A stretch of 64,000 nucleotides of DNA from Candidatus Nomurabacteria bacterium (GTDB lineage: Bacteria > Patescibacteriota > Patescibacteriia > Magasanikbacterales > UBA922), in NCBI GenBank assembly GCA_020632445.1, contig JACKFN010000003.1, positions 81,118-145,117 on the forward strand. Direction: 5' to 3'. Of the stretch, positions 51,797-61,116 are shown piece after piece. A program made the translations under genes and the position numbers. Under the pieces are notes generated by a model that saw only the letters and a program-made list of their open reading frames with translations, was not told the DNA's origin and did not search any database. The number at the start of each line of letters is the position of its first letter. Position 1 is the stretch's first letter.

Positions 51797-53593
51797 TTGC
51801 GATTGAGTATGTCCGCATATTACGCCGCGTATACAAATAAAACTAAGCGAGAAGGTCGCGTCGATAGCGACCTTCGTCTTCGTGTACTGGCACTTGCCAG
51901 TCTTTTTGTTGCTATACTCATGATTGTAAGGCTTTTGGTGGTCATGGTGTTCCAGCATGATTTCTACACAAAGCTTGCACAAGGCTCACATGAAATGTAT
52001 GCGCAACTTTTTCCACTTCGTGGTCAAATATTTGTGCAGGATTCGCGTAGCAAAGAGACATTTGCTGTTGCTGTCAATAAGTACTTTTATTCTCTCTTTG
52101 CCGACTCGAGGCAAATTTCTTCGGAAGAAGAGGCTGACGATATCGCCACTCGGCTTGGTAATATTTTGCAATACGATGATGAGAAAAAGCTACAATTGTT
52201 TTTGGAGCTGAGTAAGCGAGATGACCCGTATGTGCCAATAGAGGCAAAGGTAACGGAGCAGGTAAAGGCACAGGTTGAATCACTTGCCCTTTCAGGTATC
52301 CACTTTGTAAAAAAGCCCTACCGTATTTATCCAGAACATGGCTTTGCCGCTCAGACAATTGGTTTTCTGGGAAAAGATGAACAGGGACATGATGTAGGAA
52401 GGTATGGTATAGAGGGGTATCATCAAGATATCCTCGATGGTGAAGGGGGGTTTGTGTCTGGGGCACGCGCTGCGGGTGGGGGTTTTATTTCTTTTGCTGG
52501 TTTAGATTTTCAGCCGGCGCAAAATGGATCTGATATTACCCTTACTATAGACAGAGGTGTGCAAGATGCATCGTGTACCTTTTTGCGTGAAGCTATGGAG
52601 TATTATGAGTCACAGTCAGCATCTCTGGTGATTATGGAGCCGCAGACTGGTGCGATCCGGGCCATGTGTTCGCTTCCTGATTTTGATTTGAATGAGTATT
52701 CTCAGGTAGATGACATTTCTGTGTACAACAATTCAACCATTTTTACCCCCTACGAGCCTGGTTCTGTGTTTAAGCCTATTCCAATTGCCTCGGCAGTAAA
52801 TGAAGGGCTCATTGGTCCTGAAACGTATTTTTATGACACTGGTAAGGTGGAGGGGGTGTGTGAAAAGCCAATACAAAATGCCGATCAGCACGTGTATGAA
52901 GATACGGATATGACCGGAGTATTGATCGATTCTATAAATACTGGTATGGTACACACGGCCGACTTACTCGGAAAAAAACGCTTTTTGCGCTATATTGAGG
53001 ATTTTGGCTTTGGCGTAAAAACCGGAGTCGGACTTGATACTGAGGCTGCGGGAAATATTCAGACACTCAGCATCAATAGTGGTGATGATCTGGATTGTTA
53101 TGGCGCGACGGCCTCATTTGGTCAGGGAATTACGGTGACACCGCTGCAGCTCGCCGCCGCCTACTCTGCTATTGCCAATGGTGGATACCTTCCAAGACCG
53201 TATGTGGTTGAGTCTGTCAAATTTGCAGATGGAAAGCAGGAAAGAACAAAACCAGAAATGATTCGCCAAGTACTTGAAAGCCAATCTGCATCACTGACAT
53301 CTGCAATGCTTGTGAGTGTGATAGATGGTGGTCATGGAAAGGCAGCGGGTGTACCTGGATATTATGTTGCTGGTAAAACTGGTACCGCGCAGATACCAGG
53401 AAAAGGTGGGTACACAAGTGAAACCATCCATTCGTTTGTTGGATTTGCTCCAATAGAAAATCCAAGGTTCGTTCTTGTCGTGAAACTTGAAAAGCCACAA
53501 CGTGGTGGGTATTCATCAAGTACGGCTGCGCCAACATTTGGAAAAATTGTTAAATTTTTGCTTCAATATTATAGAGTACCACCAACACGATAG
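51797..53593 (+). CDS. Class B penicillin-binding protein (peptidoglycan D,D-transpeptidase, PBP2/FtsI-like)
   Basis: N-terminal TM; SVFKP (SxxK), SINTG (SxN), KTGTAQ (KTG). Confidence 0.75.
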   Translation: MRLSMSAYYAAYTNKTKREGRVDSDLRLRVLALASLFVAILMIVRLLVVMVFQHDFYTKLAQGSHEMYAQLFPLRGQIFVQDSRSKETFAVAVNKYFYSLFADSRQISSEEEADDIATRLGNILQYDDEKKLQLFLELSKRDDPYVPIEAKVTEQVKAQVESLALSGIHFVKKPYRIYPEHGFAAQTIGFLGKDEQGHDVGRYGIEGYHQDILDGEGGFVSGARAAGGGFISFAGLDFQPAQNGSDITLTIDRGVQDASCTFLREAMEYYESQSASLVIMEPQTGAIRAMCSLPDFDLNEYSQVDDISVYNNSTIFTPYEPGSVFKPIPIASAVNEGLIGPETYFYDTGKVEGVCEKPIQNADQHVYEDTDMTGVLIDSINTGMVHTADLLGKKRFLRYIEDFGFGVKTGVGLDTEAAGNIQTLSINSGDDLDCYGATASFGQGITVTPLQLAAAYSAIANGGYLPRPYVVESVKFADGKQERTKPEMIRQVLESQSASLTSAMLVSVIDGGHGKAAGVPGYYVAGKTGTAQIPGKGGYTSETIHSFVGFAPIENPRFVLVVKLEKPQRGGYSSSTAAPTFGKIVKFLLQYYRVPPTR

Positions 53594-53603
53594 CATTTTA
53601 TTT

Positions 53604-54893
53604 ATGAAACGAATTCTTCAAATAGTATTGCGAATACTTGCCCGTCGGATTGTCGGGAAATATCAACCCGAAATTGTAGGTATTACTGGGTCGGTGGGAA
53701 AGACAAGTGCCAAAGAAGTTGCCACAAAGATTTTGGCATATCGTTTTGCGGTACGAGGAAGTGCTGGAAATTATAACAATGAAATCGGTTTGCCACTTAC
53801 CGTTATTGGAAAGGAAAATCCTGGGAAGTCGGTGATTGGATGGCTTGCTGTTATTTTTCGTGCAGTGTCTTTGTTGTTGGTAAAACATGATGATTATCCT
53901 GAGATACTGGTGCTCGAAATGGGCGCTGATCATCCTGGTGATATTGCGTATCTCACAAGTATTGCAAGACCAACCATTGGAGTGGTAACAGCCATTGCCC
54001 CAGCGCATATGGAGTTTTTCAAAACTATTCGCAAACTGGTACGCGAAAAGCAAAAAATTGTGAGCTGCCTTGATAAAACCGGTGTAGCGGTTCTCAATAT
54101 CGATGATGATAATGTATGGGGGATGAATACCAAGACCGATGCGGAGGTTGTTACCTATGGAAAAAGTGAGGATGCCCAGGTTCGTGCAACTGATATAGGT
54201 ATTACCACGGACCATCAAACGCGTTGGCCAAAAGGAATGACTTTCAAGCTTCATTACAAAGGAAGTATTGTGCCGGTGCATATTGATGGAGTAATTGGTG
54301 ATCATTTTGTATATTCTGTGCTCGTAGGGGCAACGGTTGGTTTGTCACTTGGTATGAATTTGGTGGAGATTAGTGAGTCACTTTCAAGTATGGAAATGAT
54401 GCCAGGACGAATGAGACTTCTCCCTGGTATTAAGGAAACCTTTTTGATAGACGATACGTATAATTCTTCGCCGAAGGCAGTGAAAAAGGCGATAGATGCC
54501 CTTAAGTCATGCCAGGTGAGTCACCAAACACGAAAAATTATCGTACTTGGTGATATGCTCGAACTTGGCAAGCAATCTGGGCTTGAACATGCACAAGTGG
54601 GAGTACACATTGCTAAAGCACAATTTGATTATTTTTTTGCTGTGGGTTCTATGATGAAGAAGGCTGCAAAGTCGGCACAGGCAGAAGGAATGCCAGAGGA
54701 CAAGATTCGAATATTTGACAATGCCGTCGATGCAGGAAGGCATTTGCAGGAACTATTGCATCCAGGAGACATGGTTTTGATCAAAGGGTCTCAAGGAGTT
54801 CGCTGTGAAAAGATCGTCAAAGAAGTAATGGCAGAGCCACTTCGGTCTAAAGAACTTTTGGTCAGACAGAGTGAGAAGTGGCTTGAAGAATAA
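53604..54893 (+). CDS. murF: UDP-N-acetylmuramoyl-tripeptide--D-alanyl-D-alanine ligase
   Basis: IVGITGSVGKTSAKE P-loop; Mur ligase domain order; ATG at 53604 preferred (ORF track starts 53487). Confidence 0.75.
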   Translation: MKRILQIVLRILARRIVGKYQPEIVGITGSVGKTSAKEVATKILAYRFAVRGSAGNYNNEIGLPLTVIGKENPGKSVIGWLAVIFRAVSLLLVKHDDYPEILVLEMGADHPGDIAYLTSIARPTIGVVTAIAPAHMEFFKTIRKLVREKQKIVSCLDKTGVAVLNIDDDNVWGMNTKTDAEVVTYGKSEDAQVRATDIGITTDHQTRWPKGMTFKLHYKGSIVPVHIDGVIGDHFVYSVLVGATVGLSLGMNLVEISESLSSMEMMPGRMRLLPGIKETFLIDDTYNSSPKAVKKAIDALKSCQVSHQTRKIIVLGDMLELGKQSGLEHAQVGVHIAKAQFDYFFAVGSMMKKAAKSAQAEGMPEDKIRIFDNAVDAGRHLQELLHPGDMVLIKGSQGVRCEKIVKEVMAEPLRSKELLVRQSEKWLEE

Positions 54894-55061
54894 CCTTAGA
54901 GTCTACTTGAGATCTCTCCTCTCGACTCCATATTGGTCAATTTCGGCTGCAAATCGCATCAACTTCGTCAAAATAATACCATTATTCTTCCTTAGTCGCT
55001 GCGATTTTCGCTCAAAATTGACTCAAGATGGCTCTGGAAGAGAGATATCAAATAGGCTCTT

Positions 55062-55511
55062 ATGGATAAACTTTTTGCATTTTTACAAACACAGAGGCTT
55101 ATGGCCATTGCAACCATGGGCAGCGTCCCGTGGATTGCCAATGTATATTTTGGCGTTGATGATGCTGGTAAAATCTATTTTGTGACCAATAAAAAAACAA
55201 AGCATGCACAGCATTTGCTTGAGAATCCTGCAATAGCATTTAATACGGCGTGGTATGATCCAAACAATCATCAGGATCGAAAAGCTATACAGGGGACAGG
55301 AACATGTCGTATGGCGCAGACAGCAGATGAGGTGCAAAAGGGGATTGAGCTGCATAATGCGTATTTCCCAGAGTTTGCGAAGCGGATCACGGTAGAGTGG
55401 GCGACCGATGAAAGCCATGAGTCACGGGTGTGGGTGATAGAACCAAAATATATTAAGTTTTGGAATGATAAGCTCTATGGTGGCGATGAGTTTGAGGAGT
55501 TTGAGTTTTAG
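55062..55511 (+). CDS. Pyridoxamine 5'-phosphate oxidase-like FMN-binding family protein
   Basis: MAIATMGSVPWIANVYFGVDDAGKIYFVTNKKTKHAQHLLENPAIAF. Confidence 0.55.
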   Translation: MDKLFAFLQTQRLMAIATMGSVPWIANVYFGVDDAGKIYFVTNKKTKHAQHLLENPAIAFNTAWYDPNNHQDRKAIQGTGTCRMAQTADEVQKGIELHNAYFPEFAKRITVEWATDESHESRVWVIEPKYIKFWNDKLYGGDEFEEFEF

Positions 55512-55552
55512 GAGGTGGGTGGAACATTTGTGTCACTCTAGCATCTAAACAA

Positions 55553-55576
55553 AAACAGGGTAACAGCCCTGTTTTT
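55553..55576 (+). terminator. Intrinsic terminator AACAGGG-taaca-CCCTGTT followed by TTTTTT
   Basis: Read directly, 40 bp after the upstream stop codon. Confidence 0.6.
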
Positions 55577-55617
55577 TAGTATTTCTCAAAAAAAATGGCG
55601 CGTGTGGATAAATAGGG

Positions 55618-55646
55618 TTGCCACGGGTAGATTGGTGGGATATAAT
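55618..55646 (+). promoter_or_regulatory. Near-consensus sigma70 promoter TTGCCA-17 bp-TATAAT for the mraZ operon; two GTGGG repeats follow at 55655 and 55665 (10-bp spacing), candidate MraZ boxes
   Basis: Read directly in the sequence. Confidence 0.5.
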
Positions 55647-55722
55647 GGAGTCAAGTGGGGAAAAGTGGGAAATTTGAAAAGGGAGGTAGCGATTTGCTAA
55701 CGTGCTTGTCTAGCAAATAGAC

Positions 55723-55769
55723 AGAGCGCATCTTACAAGAATGGTATCCATTTTTGTAAGATGCGCTCT
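55723..55769 (+). promoter_or_regulatory. Perfect 16-bp inverted repeat AGAGCGCATCTTACAA-15 nt-TTGTAAGATGCGCTCT in the mraZ leader
   Basis: Read directly; lies about 30 nt upstream of the mraZ ATG. Confidence 0.55.
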
Positions 55770-55798
55770 ATCTCTCTTTTCTTCAAATCGTCCCCATT

Positions 55799-56230
55799 AT
55801 GTTTATTGGTGAATATTCACACAACCTAGACGAAAAAGGCAGACTGGCTGTCCCAAAAAAATTTCGGACAGCGCTTCTCAAAGGTGCTGTAGTGACTCGT
55901 GGTCTTGATAACTGCTTGTTTCTCTACACCAAAAAAGAGTGGGAAGTCCTCGCCAGCAAGCTTGCGAGTTTGCCCTTTTCACAAAAGAATGCACGGGCCT
56001 TTGCTCGTCTTATGCTCGCAGGGGCTATGGACGTCAGCCTTGATAAGCAGGGAAGAATTATCTTGCCTGATTATTTGAGACAGTTTGCGTCCCTTGGTAA
56101 GGAGATCATCGTGGCAGGTCTTTATAACCGCCTCGAACTTTGGGACAGTGCGAGTTGGGATAAGTACAAGAAGGCTGCTGAGCAGAAAAGCAACGACATT
56201 GCTGAGCAAATGTTCGAGCTGGGAATTTAG
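55799..56230 (+). CDS. mraZ: Transcriptional regulator MraZ
   Basis: MFIGEYSHNLDEKGRLAVPKKFR; duplicated MraZ domain. Confidence 0.8.
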   Translation: MFIGEYSHNLDEKGRLAVPKKFRTALLKGAVVTRGLDNCLFLYTKKEWEVLASKLASLPFSQKNARAFARLMLAGAMDVSLDKQGRIILPDYLRQFASLGKEIIVAGLYNRLELWDSASWDKYKKAAEQKSNDIAEQMFELGI

Positions 56231-56232
56231 GT

Positions 56233-57123
56233 ATGAGACATGTACCAGTACTGGCAAACGAACTCGTAGACGGACTTGAACTCAAACCAGGTGAAGTAGT
56301 GGTTGACTGCACTCTTGGTGATGCCGGTCACGCAGCTCTGGTGCTGCCGCGTATTATCCCGGGAGGAAAGCTGATTGGCATTGACGCTGACCCAGAAGCC
56401 ATTTTGCGAGCTAAGGACTTTCTTTATGAAGTATCTGAAAATGTTATCTTTGAGAGATCATATTTTCAGGAACTTGCAGAAATTCTCGACAGAAATGAAC
56501 TTGAACAGGTAGACGTTATCTATGCAGACCTTGGATGGTCAACTCCTCAGTTTGAGGAGCGAAAGCGGGGATTTTCATTTCAAAAGATCGATGAAAAGCT
56601 TGATATGCGATTTTGCGGGGCTTCCTGTGGTAAAGCGCTTACAGCAAGCGAGATCGTTAATACTTGGGATGAAGATGAGATTGCAAAAATCCTTCGGCTC
56701 TATGGAGAAGAAAAGTTTGCAAGCAAGATAGCACAGGCCATAGTCCAAAAGCGCGAAGAGTATGATCTTGAAACCGTAGGAGACCTGGTAGATGTCGTTG
56801 TTTCAGTCTACAAACGTATGCGGGCATCAAGAGAAAAGATCCATCCAGCCACGAGAACCTTCCAAGCATTGCGCATAGCCGTCAATCAAGAGCTTGATCA
56901 ATTAAAATCCCTTTTGAACATCGCGACTGAGCGTCTCAAACCTGGTGGAAGACTTGCAATTATTACCTTTCATTCTCTGGAGGATCGCATGGTGAAGCAT
57001 TTTTTTCAGGCGCAATCGCAGCTTGAAGTGGTCAACAAAAAACCAATTATCCCATCTGATGACGAACTCTCACAAAACAACCGTGCGCGAAGTGCTAAAC
57101 TTCGCATAGCAAGGAAACTATGA
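56233..57123 (+). CDS. rsmH: 16S rRNA (cytosine1402-N4)-methyltransferase
   Basis: HVPVLANELVDGL...VVDCTLGDAGHA. Confidence 0.8.
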   Translation: MRHVPVLANELVDGLELKPGEVVVDCTLGDAGHAALVLPRIIPGGKLIGIDADPEAILRAKDFLYEVSENVIFERSYFQELAEILDRNELEQVDVIYADLGWSTPQFEERKRGFSFQKIDEKLDMRFCGASCGKALTASEIVNTWDEDEIAKILRLYGEEKFASKIAQAIVQKREEYDLETVGDLVDVVVSVYKRMRASREKIHPATRTFQALRIAVNQELDQLKSLLNIATERLKPGGRLAIITFHSLEDRMVKHFFQAQSQLEVVNKKPIIPSDDELSQNNRARSAKLRIARKL

Positions 57124-57464
57124 GAAAGTTTAATGCAAAATCAACGATGAAGGAAAAGCGTGAGCGCGCTATGAAGTTTCTTCTTGGGTGCACATTTCGA
57201 GTGTGCCTTTTGGTGTTTGTACTCGTGCTTGGAGTATGTCACATTCGGCAAATGAGTGAAAACGCGACTGAGGGATATGCTGTAGGAAATCTTCAGTCTG
57301 AGCTTGAGATGCTTTCACAAGAAGTAGAAACCGTAGAATCGGAAATTGCACTCAATCAGTCAATGACCAGTGTAAAAGAGCGTCTTGCAGGAATGAACTT
57401 TGTTTCTGCTGATCAGATTTCTTATTTGGATGGTTCTGGCTCACTGGCAGTGCTTGACAGATAG
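57120..57464 (+). CDS. ftsL: Cell division protein FtsL-like (small bitopic membrane protein)
   Basis: Position after rsmH with ATGA overlap; single TM plus coiled-coil region. Confidence 0.5.
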   Translation: MRKFNAKSTMKEKRERAMKFLLGCTFRVCLLVFVLVLGVCHIRQMSENATEGYAVGNLQSELEMLSQEVETVESEIALNQSMTSVKERLAGMNFVSADQISYLDGSGSLAVLDR

Positions 57465-57487
57465 GAAACAGTGGAGAAAAAAGACAG

Positions 57488-57508
57488 AAACCCCTTTGGG
57501 GTTTTTTG
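57488..57508 (+). terminator. Intrinsic terminator AAACCCC-ttt-GGGGTTTTTT
   Basis: Read directly, after ftsL. Confidence 0.6.
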
Positions 57509-57530
57509 AGTTTGTGATAAAATAGCTTAT

Positions 57531-57890
57531 ATGGGAATTCTTATTTTTCAAAAACTTGTTGTAGAATTTTTTCTTGATTTTGTGTACTTTCCGTTGTGGT
57601 GGTACACCAAAGGAGCGCTTAAGGCGTTTTGCGCGTACAAAAACGCGCTTGTGGCGGTAAACTTTCGTCTGGCGCCAGGGCTTTGGCTCAAAAACATTTT
57701 CACGCCGATGTATGGGCAACGTGATTGGGAAGGTCGTCTTGTAAGTGTCTTTATCCGGTTTTGGAATGTAATATTTCGTGGGGTACTCTTGGTTATTGCA
57801 TGGACGGTGTATACCATCATTATTATGGCCTATTTCTTGCTTTTTCCTCTGATATTTTTTCTGCTTATTTCAAGTAGTATTACCCTATGA
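57531..57890 (+). CDS. Hypothetical polytopic membrane protein, translationally coupled (ATGA) to the Clp ATPase
   Basis: ORF with several hydrophobic segments. Confidence 0.4.
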   Translation: MGILIFQKLVVEFFLDFVYFPLWWYTKGALKAFCAYKNALVAVNFRLAPGLWLKNIFTPMYGQRDWEGRLVSVFIRFWNVIFRGVLLVIAWTVYTIIIMAYFLLFPLIFFLLISSSITL

Positions 57891-60640
57891 ATTTTACGCT
57901 TTATCCAAAGTTGCGTAAAAGCACTTGCAGTCACTGCAAAGGTGCCGGTGCCGTGCACAATCGTAAATGTCCATCGTGTCATGGCTATTCTGTTGCCATA
58001 GGTTGGAAAAAACATATTTTGTACTACGGTCAGCCACTTTCTCGCTACATGATTGCCGTAAAAAAGGGGAGAAGAATCATGCACACGGTACAGTTTCTGA
58101 TTGGACTGCTTTTCTTTTTGACATTTTTGGGAATGTTTTTTTACATTTTTACCCAAAGCCCGGTGCGGGCACAACTGTTTACGCTGAGCTACTGGGTAGA
58201 TTTTGGTGGATATGCTAAGTGGATGGTGGGAATTGCGTTGTTTTTTTTGTTGTATTTCGTATACAAGATGATTGCTTGGCATCGTAAAGTTACTCCCATT
58301 GCGCAAGTTGAGCTTGCAGATGTTTCCTTGGTAGGGCAGGAGTTTGAATCAATACCAGACGACTGGCATGATATTCTCGCGCATAAGAAAAGGGAGTTTG
58401 TTGATATTTCTCAGAGTTTTACTGATGAGGTGGTGAAAATTGTTGAGGATGCGTATTTTTACGCAGATAAGTACAACGCAAAGGAAGTAACACCGGTGCA
58501 CATGTTCTATAGTCTGCTGCATTCCTACAAGGTTAGAAGTGTCTTTATTCGAATTGGTTTCCCTGCCGATGCTCTCTACAAGGCGCTAGAGCGATCTTTT
58601 GTAAAGGAAACCGTAGAGTGTGTTCCTGTGGTTTCAGACGATGTCCAAGATATCCTCTACTATGCGTATTTTGAGGCTGTACATTCAAGACAAAAATTTA
58701 TTCACGTCACAGAGCTTTTATTGGCTACCATCTACAAATCAGAGAGTCTGCAAAGTTTTTTGTATGAACTTGGAGTTGGTGATGCTAAACTCAAAAACGT
58801 CGTCGAATGGGTGCGTATACAAGAATATATTTCACAGGAACGCATGGACCTAGTCAAAATGGCAAGCACCAGAAACAAATATGGACTTGATAGGGCTATG
58901 ACGGCAGTAGCTACGCCATATCTCAATTCTTTTAGTCAGGATTTGACCATGCAAGCACGATATGGGAATCTTCCTCCATGTGTTGCACGTAGCAAAGAAA
59001 TCGACGAGATTTTTCGAGTCGTTGAGGGCGGAAGAAGCAATGTTATTTTGGTCGGTGAAACAGGAGTTGGGAAGATGAGTATCATAGAAGGAATTGCGCA
59101 GCGGATGGTTGAAGAGAAAGTACCGGGGCGTCTTGGAGATAAGCGGCTTGTGCAGCTGTCGGTTTCTTCACTTTTGGCCGGAACCACGATTTCTGGTGCG
59201 CAAGAAAGATTGATTCGTATTATGCATGAGGTGAGCCGCGCAGGTAATATCATTCTTTTTATTAATCATTTGCATGATTTGATTCATCATAGTGGCGCGG
59301 AAAATGGAATGGATGTTTCCAAAACTCTCGCAGAGTATTTGCAGGCAGGAAATTTTTTTGTATTTTCTACCTCTACAACACAGGGGTACAACAAACATAT
59401 CATGAATAGCGCGGTAAGCAAGGTATTTACCCGTGTTTTGGTAGAAGAGGTAGACGAAAACCAAGCCATTCAGATTCTTGAATCCAAAGTACCGTATTTG
59501 GAATACAAGCTCAAAGCATATTTTTCTTACAATGCCCTTGAAAATTCCGTGAAATTGGCAAGAAGATTTTTGCATGACCAGTATCTTCCTGAAAATGCTA
59601 TCGAACTTCTGACCGAGGCGGGAAGTCTGTGTAAGGCAGAAAATGGGCCAAATAGTTTTGTTTCCGCTGAACATGTTGCGCGTGTTGTCAGTGACAAGAC
59701 CGGTGTTCCGGCAACGAGCATCACGCAAGAAGAGTCCGAAAAACTCCTCACACTTGAATCAGAACTGCATAAACGAGTTATCGGGCAGGAAAGAGCTGTG
59801 GAACTTGTTTCCAGTGCATTGCGGCGCGCACGCGCCGAGGTTCGTTCACTCAAACGTCCAATCGCCAATTTTCTTTTTTTGGGACCAACGGGTGTTGGAA
59901 AAACCGAACTCGCCAAAACCATTGCTGAGGTGTACTTTGGTCAGGAAGAGCGGATGATTCGTATTGATATGAGTGAATTCCAAGACAAGAGTGCTATTCA
60001 TCGACTGATTGGAAGCCCGGGTCAGCAGGGGACGGGACTTTTAACCGAGGCGGTCCGTTTGCAGCCGTTTTCACTCGTGCTTTTTGATGAGCTTGAAAAG
60101 GCAGATCCTGATATTTTGAATCTCTTCCTGCAAGTATTTGATGATGGTCACCTGACCGATAGTGTTGGGCGGAAAATTGATTTTACCAATGCGATTATCA
60201 TTGCAACCTCCAATGCTGGTACTTCCTATGTGCAACAGGCTCTCGGTCAGGGCAGAGACATTGACACGGTGCTCAATGAAATTATTCATGGAGAGTTGCA
60301 AAAATACTACCGTCCAGAGTTTCTGAATCGTTTTGATGGTATAGTGTTATTTAAACCACTTGATAGGAAGCAGATCAAGCAAATTGCTGGTTTGATGATT
60401 GCTGGTATTGCCAAGAATCTCGACGAGCAACGTGGTATTGCCTTGAAGGTGAACGATGAAACATTGGAAATGCTTTGCGAGACCGGATACAATCCTGAGT
60501 TTGGGGCAAGACCGATGCGACGAGCGGTGCAGGATATGATAGAAAACAAGATTGCTGATTTGCTTTTGAAAAACGAAGTGCAAAGGAATGATGCCATTGT
60601 GTTTTGTGGAAAAAGTGGGGTGAGAGTTGAGCATACATAA
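57887..60640 (+). CDS. Clp/Hsp100 double-AAA+ ATPase (ClpA/ClpC-like) with N-terminal CxxC-CxxC zinc ribbon, two TM helices, Clp_N repeats, degenerate D1 and canonical D2
   Basis: CSHCKG...CPSCHG; hydrophobic 70-130; D1 Walker A GETGVGKMS and Walker B ILFINHLH (consensus GVGKT and DELH); D2 GPTGVGKTELAK and LFDELEKA. Confidence 0.75.
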   Translation: MNFTLYPKLRKSTCSHCKGAGAVHNRKCPSCHGYSVAIGWKKHILYYGQPLSRYMIAVKKGRRIMHTVQFLIGLLFFLTFLGMFFYIFTQSPVRAQLFTLSYWVDFGGYAKWMVGIALFFLLYFVYKMIAWHRKVTPIAQVELADVSLVGQEFESIPDDWHDILAHKKREFVDISQSFTDEVVKIVEDAYFYADKYNAKEVTPVHMFYSLLHSYKVRSVFIRIGFPADALYKALERSFVKETVECVPVVSDDVQDILYYAYFEAVHSRQKFIHVTELLLATIYKSESLQSFLYELGVGDAKLKNVVEWVRIQEYISQERMDLVKMASTRNKYGLDRAMTAVATPYLNSFSQDLTMQARYGNLPPCVARSKEIDEIFRVVEGGRSNVILVGETGVGKMSIIEGIAQRMVEEKVPGRLGDKRLVQLSVSSLLAGTTISGAQERLIRIMHEVSRAGNIILFINHLHDLIHHSGAENGMDVSKTLAEYLQAGNFFVFSTSTTQGYNKHIMNSAVSKVFTRVLVEEVDENQAIQILESKVPYLEYKLKAYFSYNALENSVKLARRFLHDQYLPENAIELLTEAGSLCKAENGPNSFVSAEHVARVVSDKTGVPATSITQEESEKLLTLESELHKRVIGQERAVELVSSALRRARAEVRSLKRPIANFLFLGPTGVGKTELAKTIAEVYFGQEERMIRIDMSEFQDKSAIHRLIGSPGQQGTGLLTEAVRLQPFSLVLFDELEKADPDILNLFLQVFDDGHLTDSVGRKIDFTNAIIIATSNAGTSYVQQALGQGRDIDTVLNEIIHGELQKYYRPEFLNRFDGIVLFKPLDRKQIKQIAGLMIAGIAKNLDEQRGIALKVNDETLEMLCETGYNPEFGARPMRRAVQDMIENKIADLLLKNEVQRNDAIVFCGKSGVRVEHT

Positions 60641-60663
60641 CAGACTTTTCAAAAAACAAAAAG

Positions 60664-60686
60664 AGCCTTGAAGAAGGCTTTTTTTG
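60664..60686. terminator. Bidirectional terminator AGCCTT-gaag-AAGGCT flanked by A/T runs
   Basis: Read directly, between convergent clp and the small higher-GC ORF. Confidence 0.55.
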
Positions 60687-60708
60687 GATTGGGAAGGTGG
60701 GTGTGTAC

Positions 60709-61041
60709 CTAGGAGGCCGTACGAAGGGTCCGTTCATCGTCGTAGATGAGCGTCATGGTTTTCAGGCCAGGGCAGCGATTACCGCCATCGAACTCAAGAG
60801 CGAGATTCACCAGCATGGCTGCATCAACGCGGTTGCTGAGTTTGCGCATCTCATCGTTGCTGAGGCTCAGTTCAGACCAACCCAGCCCTACGCAGGTCAC
60901 AGGTCCTCGCTGAGCGATCGTGATCACATCGGGCATCGGCGTGATGCCCGCCCGCTGCAAACTGGACAATATGAGATCTCGCATTTTTGCCCCCCGGTTG
61001 TTGCCTGATATACATATATCATAAAAGGCCTTGAAAGTCAA
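60709..61041 (-). CDS. Hypothetical protein in a ~57% GC patch (start possibly the internal Met at 60984)
   Basis: ORF only; local GC is clearly above its surroundings. Confidence 0.3.
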   Translation of the reverse strand: MTFKAFYDICISGNNRGAKMRDLILSSLQRAGITPMPDVITIAQRGPVTCVGLGWSELSLSNDEMRKLSNRVDAAMLVNLALEFDGGNRCPGLKTMTLIYDDERTLRTAS

Positions 61042-61116
61042 AGCGCTTTAAGATTGGGAGTTGATTTCTGCCGAATTTTTTGCTACGCTACAGGGACTAA
61101 AAGCCTTCAATGAATT

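Noticed and set aside
57120-57123. Alternative genetic code (UGA recoding), which is common in some small-genome uncultivated lineages
   Set aside because: TGA is clearly used as a stop in ATGA overlaps (rsmH/ftsL at 57120-57123; glycosyltransferase pairs at 21526-21529, 22596-22599 and 23684-23687), and the pseudogene's internal stop is TAA. The standard code 11 fits.
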